DNA of 64,000 nt from Azolla caroliniana. Taxonomy: Eukaryota > Plantae > Polypodiophyta. This document shows positions 57,893 to 64,000 of the stretch, one piece after another. Made by a program: the position numbers and the translations under genes. The notes below the pieces were generated by a model. The model had not been told where the DNA came from. It made no database searches and saw only the letters and a program-made list of their open reading frames with translations. Positions within the stretch are counted from its first letter, which is position 1. Every line of letters starts with the position of its first letter. The DNA lies in the NCBI GenBank assembly GCA_043228905.1, contig JBHGNT010000027.1, forward strand, positions 310,001-374,000, given 5' to 3'.

Positions 57893-58724
57893 GCGGGCGG
57901 AAGAATGGGCACATGTCATTACAGCAGCGGAAGTGAAACCGGAGACCTGGCGGGAGATTACACCCATTACTGCAAACACTACTAACGAAAAGGTTGGGCA
58001 AGAAGACTCAACGATGAAGCGGCACAAAATAACGTAACGAGGGCTACGAGCAGTACAACAGCTACAGGCTGTATACATTCTAACCATCCATAGTGTTGGA
58101 AGCAAAAACGACGACTATCTCAATTATTGGGGGGAAAGGGGGTATATTTTATTTTGCAAAAAGGGGATCACGGCTTAGCCCAACTCACTGCTGGATCTTA
58201 TAGTAGACCGCTTCTTCAGCCACAATGAATGCATAAATGATGCTGCAAACCAAACCACTGCTAGCCAATATCTTACGACATCCAGGCCGCAGGTCGATTG
58301 GGGGTAAACTTCTGTAGGTCATATCGTTGATTTCTCTAGCGGAAACGATGGCATCATTTTGAGGCTATTTCAATTCGTATTAGTAGCCTTTTGATCAATT
58401 ATTGGACTTTTCTTTTTCCGTAGTCGTCGCAACGACCGACAGCGGCGAATGACGGGCGGGAGTATTCTCACCAACAGCCAAGGGAAAGCCATGGCACTTC
58501 AAGCGCTCTTTCGCTATTGACCCTTGCCGCCAGACAAAACTGTAACTACAATAAGAAGTATTTCCGAAAAGCAAGCAGCTTTGGCCTATCAGGATCCCGG
58601 CCCTTATCTTCCGCATCTTCGGCCGTTGCACCGGCCGGGAAAGTATCCGGAATGTAGGATGATCCGCCTTGTCAGTGGCCGTTCCGCTTACGGTTATTAG
58701 CTTTGGCTAATAACTTACTAAGAG

Positions 58725-58882
58725 ATCATCAACCTGCCTCCCTCGTATGGCAGGGATTGACTAAAGAACTGGGCTTGATCTTGGCCCGGAATGAACGCTA
58801 GCAATATGCCTAACACATGCAGCAAGTTGGACGTCGTTTCTGTTCTAATTCTATGGAACAGTTGAAGACGAAGTAGCGAACG
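58725..58882 (+). pseudogene. decayed copy of the rrn18 5' flank and 5' end
   Basis: TCATCAACCTGCCTC..GTATGGCAG...AATGAACGCTAGC..AACACATGC...AACAGTTGAAGAC resembles 27895-28037. Confidence 0.8.
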
Positions 58883-59188
58883 AGAAAGCTAATACGGAAT
58901 GGATTGTCCTTCTATTTGTAGTAGTTTGTTTCGGTATTCTGGTATCTTTCCTTTGTTCTTCATTATGCGTAAAAGTTCAAGTTCTCTTCGCTGCAGGATC
59001 TGCTCGTCTTTTGCGGATGCGGACCACTTTTCTCTGCCGGTCAAGCACCAAGCTTATCATTGGGGAGGACCCGATGATGGTACGCGGCTGAACGCCAAAG
59101 TGATTTGCGTAACCAGAACTGACAGCTAAGGGCAAGGTTACAAGCGGCGAAAAATAGGAATCAGGCATGTTCCATTCGGTGGTTCCGG

Positions 59189-60368
59189 TTGCTTAAGACT
59201 GGTTTCCCTGATAGCTGAAAGTTCTCCAAAAGTATGAAAAGCTGGAGGGCTTTATACCATCCATTCGAATGTGGTTGAATTCTATTCACCAGCCCGAGGA
59301 CTTAGAGCACACTTGTTCCCACTGCTCGAAGTTTTGAAAACTACTACAAAAGAACGAGGGATCCCCGGTACGAGAACATAAGGGCCGAAACTACTTGAGG
59401 CATTCCGTCCGACGTAAGCATCTGGATAATCAGGGATGCAACATGGCATGCCCGAAGGACCTGGGAGATGCGTGAGAGAGAGAGTCAGATTCGCTCCAAG
59501 GAAAGTAATCCAAAGATAAATTTAACCCGAAGTCTCTAGGTATTAAAGACCAGGCATTTTACCTATCCGGTAGTAGAACCCTACGAATAAAGCAGAAACA
59601 GCTCCCGTAAGAAATGCATGATAGGAATATGCAGCCACGTGATAAGTATCATATAGAGCAACGTCTATCCCGAAATTAGCCGAGACTATACCAGTAAGTC
59701 CTCCTATAGTAAACGGAAAAGTAGACCCTACTGCAAATGACATGAGTGTTTTGTATTATATTGAGCCTCCCCACATGATGGCAATCCGACTAGGAACCTT
59801 GATTCCAATAAGCACGACAATAATCATGATGGCCGCCGTGAAGTAGGCACGTGTATCCACGTCTGAGCCTACAGTAGACGTATAATAAGCCCGAGCAGTA
59901 AATCCAGGAACTCCAATACTGATCATGGCATACACCGTGCCTGAATAACCGAAGACAGGTTTTCTGGGGAGAGTGGAGACGATATAACTAATGATACCAA
60001 GTCCTGACGGAATAAAAGTATGAACCTCTAGATAACCGGGGAGCCGAGAAGGATGCTAGTATAAGATAGGGTCCCCTCCTCCAGCAGGGTCAGAAGAGAT
60101 GATATTAGAGTTTCAATCGGTTGATGACATGGTAATTGCACCCGCCGGTACGAGAGGAGGTGGTAAAGGTAGGAATGCTGTCACTGAAACGAACCGAACG
60201 GATAGGGATAATCTATGCATGGTCATTCCGGGTCCGCGCGTGTTAAGGATAATGGTTATAAAATTAATGAAACCTAAAATAAAGAAAACACCTGATAGGT
60301 AGAGACTAGAAGTGGCTAAATCAACAGCTCCTCCGGAATGACTGGTTATACTACTCAGAGGGGGATAG
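59189..60368 (-). CDS. cox1: cytochrome c oxidase subunit 1, exon 2 (stop probably CAA to UAA; genomic TAA at 59138)
   Basis: [18 protein letters not shown]...GGGDPILY(Q)H...[10 protein letters not shown]...[11 protein letters not shown]. Confidence 0.94.
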
Positions 60369-61449
60369 CACATATGTTAAATAGCCTCAGGTTGTGTTTG
60401 CCTAATGCTATACGCCATATGTCTCTGTATGGATCGGACTGTACCTTTATCTATCATCCTGTCATGAAGCCTTTCCTTTAGAGAATCCCTCAGGTCTACT
60501 CGAACTTTTCCCGATTATTCTTATGGCGGATGGCCCTTGACCGGAGCTTCAGCTCTAGTGATTTTATACGAATCGCTTTAGAAGAGCTAACTTGTACCAA
60601 GCACTGTCCCACTGTAGACAGTCTTGAATCAATAAGGGCGCGCAAGAAAGAAAAGAAAAGAAGCGGCTTCAGCATGAAGGGCGGGCGGCTGAGTAAGAAT
60701 ATGTGGCCTTCGTCCCATAGCCCCTGATAAAGGCCAATTCGGCCAACCGCTTCTTCTTCTTCGGTTCGGGAAGCGCCTTGTTTTCTGCCCTTCCTGTATG
60801 AGGTCTCTCTGCCTCTATAAAGCCGGTAAGCCGATCAAGGTCAGCGGCCATACCTCCGAGATTGACACAAGTCTCTAGAAGAGTAGCACCCCTTGAATCT
60901 TTACGGATGTAGCACTTGTGCCCTATTGAGAGCTGCTGCTTTGGATCTTTTAATACCTGATGGGCTGGCTTTACGAACTCCCTCGCAATAGAAATGCTTA
61001 CTAATCAAGTATGGATATTGACCAAATATAAGAAAAAGCTAGCATCTTTCGATCTGATACACTCCCATGATCTTATGCGCCGCATTGACAGACCTTACAT
61101 TAAGCATCTTCCTGACGTAGTAAAGGATCTGTAGATTGTATTTGCCTTGGGCAAGCAATAGGGAGACTCAGGTTGTACTCGCGTCTTAGAGCACGATGCT
61201 GCCTGCTGAAGCAGCTCACACCCACAAGCTATCCGCAGAGTGATAGATATTCCGCATTGAGTCTCTGATGGGAGGGAAGATTCGCCCTCCCAGGCAGGTT
61301 GTCCCCTTGTGGGAAAGGTTTTTGCATATAGCAGTTTGGATTTTGTTGAAGGCCTGCGGCCCGGCTTAGCCTTTTTTTCTGTAGCGAGGACGTTCCTGCA
61401 TCGAGCGGAATTACTGTTCCCTATGTCTCCACAGGGCACGGCCTTTTTA
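60369..61449 (-). other. group I intron cox1i395g1 with a decayed LAGLIDADG endonuclease
   Basis: Exon ends in U and intron ends in G. R element TCAGAGACT, S element AAGGTACAGTCC, and an RLTGFIEAE remnant at about 60805-60835. Confidence 0.85.
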
Positions 61450-61844
61450 ACCGTCCACCCAGTGCCACTACCCACCTCTACTGAGGCTAAACTTGATGAA
61501 AGCAACAGCAAAGATGACGACAACCGAAATAGAATATTATTTAATCATAGAAATGCCGTGTCAGGTGCACCTGTAAGAATCAGAACGAACCGGTTACCGA
61601 ATCCACCTGTCATCGCCAGCGTAACCGGAAGGGATGTCGTTAAAGAAGCGTAAGCGATTATTAACACATTATAAGGTTAATGATTTCCACCAGGAATTTA
61701 ATGGCCGGGTTATGCTGATTCCATACAGATTAGTACTAAGAGGCGTGTGCCCATTACTCCAGCCGTGACACCAAAGATTGAGTGTAGAGTACCTATATCT
61801 TTGTAGTTCGTAGAAAATAGCCATCTTTACACGAAACGGTTTGT
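61450..61844 (-). CDS. cox1: cytochrome c oxidase subunit 1, exon 1 (canonical start position is ACA; possible upstream start at 62126)
   Basis: (Q)RWLFSTN.KDIGTL...LYNVLI.A.A...[11 protein letters not shown], 395 nt from the canonical position. Confidence 0.92.
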
Positions 61845-62237
61845 ACATGAAAGAGTCTTGGCTACTATAATCAATGTAAGGGAGATGAATCCTATTGCAA
61901 ATACAATCGGAATGAAGAAATCCTAAAATCCAATAATCAGTTCCACAACCGAAGAGACTTCTAGATCTTTCAGGATTTCTAGGCCACCCGAAAGATCGGG
62001 TAGTGTATTCTACGACAGATTGAGGAGCACCTGCGGGAACAACTCTTCGTTGTTATTTTAAAGAGTTGCGATGTCCTCGTGCAATTCGGTCTATAATCTT
62101 TCTAAGCTGTTTATGACTATGGGCATGTCTTATCCAATCTGTTTCTTTTCCTCGGTGCTTTATACCTAGGGCAGTCTCCTGCATTCATGGCAGTTCCTAT
62201 GGTTGCAAAAACAACAAGGAGTCGGTTCCCGTATATA

Positions 62238-62374
62238 CCCGGCTTTTCTTGTATGCTTTCGGCAAGCAAAAAAAACGCTAGCGGGCCTACCACGCTTCGC
62301 GCCTGCGTCTTTGCCAGACAGTATTTGCCAGTAGTGCCATCCCACCCGACCTGAGGATTTAGTTTGTCCCTTGC
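62238..62374. repeat. inverted copy of the nad7i140g2 segment at about 22060-22197
   Basis: The same peptide KGQTKSSGRVGWHYWQ...RKAG appears in both ORF-track entries. Confidence 0.9.
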
Positions 62375-62730
62375 TAAAATATCTTTGAAGAACTTGTACT
62401 GATTTTCCAGGTCGGTCCTCGCGAGCGGATATGGGCCCTAGAGGATGGTGTAGAAACTCTCTGCCCGTAAGTCGTGCCTGAAAGCGGTTCATCCGGGTGA
62501 AGCCGGCGGCGAGGAATTGACTGGTGCTGCGTTCACTGCTTGCTCGAAGGCCCGTATCCGCGCAGGCAGTAAGCAACAGATTGGTTCGTAACAAAAACAG
62601 CTTAGAAAAGAAAAAGAATAAAGTTATTTCCTATTAAACTAGTGATTGTAAAGAAAAAAATCCTTCACAACGCCAAGGTATTTTAGCAAGACACTACATA
62701 AGACTTTCGCCCTGGATGATATATGGGTTC

Positions 62731-63240
62731 TCATGAGAAAGAATGGTCGGTTTCCTTTTAATGAAGTAAAATCCACACCTTGACGCCCGGAATCCCGTAA
62801 CGAGTGAATGTTTATTAGGAACCGAACTGATGGGCTTTCCCTAAAGTAACACCAAAAGTCTACCTCCTTTCGTGCGTCCTTCGCCTCCTCCTAAATAAAT
62901 TCACTTTCTCTAAAGTAGCCCAATGGATTGTTAACAAGTTCTACGATATACTTATCTTCAAGCCAACCAAGTACTTTAGCACCTTATTGCATACATGTTC
63001 GAACTCAACTCCAGGTCGCGTATAATCACTCTCATTGCAATCAACCATGGCTACTCCAATATTAATTAATTTTGGCTTTCTTTCTATAAACTTTCGTTCC
63101 AGCCAGGGAAACGGTGAAGGATAGTGATTTACGGCATGACTGTACAGTTTAGCCGTCACCACTTGTAATTTGAGTCGATAGCCAAACACGGATTATGCCC
63201 TCTACGCAGACAGAGAACCGCCCAACCTAGCTGCGCAAAT
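62731..63240 (-). CDS. rps3: divergent ribosomal protein S3, C-terminal region (5' extent unresolved)
   Basis: In one frame: GLKISIS...FG...TRYGI(L)GVKVWI, the conserved S3 C-terminal motifs, with only editable stops. Confidence 0.6.
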
Positions 63241-64000
63241 TGCTTGCTTGCTTGCTTGCTTGCTTGCCCCCTTCTTGCGGATGCGGAAGAACTTGCTTGC
63301 TGCTAAGTTTTATTAGCGCAGGTGAAGGCCTTTCCGCTGTCTGTGAGGCGGATAACGGGCAATCTCACTCATTGCGCTGTTTTATTGACTTCGCCACGGC
63401 ACCACTTTTTTGGCGGATAAACGGCCTTCATGCTGCCGTTAGTCGAGGCGGCCCGATGAACCAGTGCAGCAGAAAAGAATTTCGGTTATAGAATGGCCGG
63501 TCTCTTTCACTTGCTTCTGATCAAAGGCCGGCAGAGAAGTAGCCGTACAGATAGCATAGGCTGCGGCCTATTCTTGCAGAGAAAACAACTTCGAGAATGA
63601 TAACCCGTAGGTACCGGTGGGTTCGATCAGTCCCTGGAGTTCGCTAGGTGATATCTATACGGCAAGGAGGATATGAAGCTATCCCTACGGAATCCAATCC
63701 CTGTGGTCCTAGATCGGTCCCGAAGCACTAGTCCGGTACCTGCTGCAATCAGTCCCTATGGTACTTGCTGCAACCAGTCCCGAACCCAAAGGTTTGCTAC
63801 GCTGCCGCTGTAGGCATAGTTGGTACCGATGTTCACTGAGATTGGGAATCCCCGCTTCGTGCTGATCGTATCGTATTCTCTTCGCTTATTGCAGCTGTGG
63901 TAATCGAGGCTTTGCTTTGTATTCTCGAAGTACGAACGCTAGCTGATCGCTTCGTATCCTTTCAACCGTTGAGGAGCTGCAACTGCTTGGCGTTGTCTAT

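Noticed and set aside
685-61844. Genes with many in-frame stops called as pseudogenes, or an alternative genetic code
   Set aside because: Stops fall at conserved Gln/Arg positions, there are no frameshifts, and sense codons also show C/T discrepancies in both directions. This is the pattern of U-to-C and C-to-U editing.
570-63267. CRISPR-like arrays
   Set aside because: The repeats are microsatellites or dispersed palindromes with no regular repeat-spacer pattern and no cas genes.

Overview
Segment of a plant mitochondrial genome, almost certainly from a leptosporangiate fern. The evidence is the fern-type group II introns nad1i258g2 and nad5i1242g2, the group I intron cox1i395g1, a chlamydial-type trnR(ucg), and very heavy C-to-U plus reverse U-to-C editing, so most genes look like pseudogenes in DNA and are missed by the ORF track. 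Protein genes read by eye with editing allowed: nad1 (exons 2-4), rps12, rps7, rps14 (exon 2 only), nad6, nad5, nad7, rps2, nad9, atp9, atp6, atp4, nad4L and cox1, plus hyper-divergent rpl6-, rps11- and rps3-like frames. RNA genes: two rrn18 copies in a 4,147-bp direct repeat and about 20 tRNAs of native, plastid and bacterial type. Best leads: (1) the atp6 start region was captured by nad9 and then, as an atp6::nad9 cassette, fused in frame to rps2, with part of the leader also shared by nad4L; (2) cox1 lacks its normal start and has a cryptic editing-dependent 94-codon N-terminal extension with a hydrophobic helix; (3) one C-to-U edit would create both the rps12 stop and the rps7 start; (4) an orphan rps14 exon 2 is a trans-splicing candidate; (5) a dispersed TTCATC/GATGAA palindromic element family and uniform-length microsatellites, one inside rrn18. 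All editing is inferred from homology, not observed, and coordinates were counted by hand.
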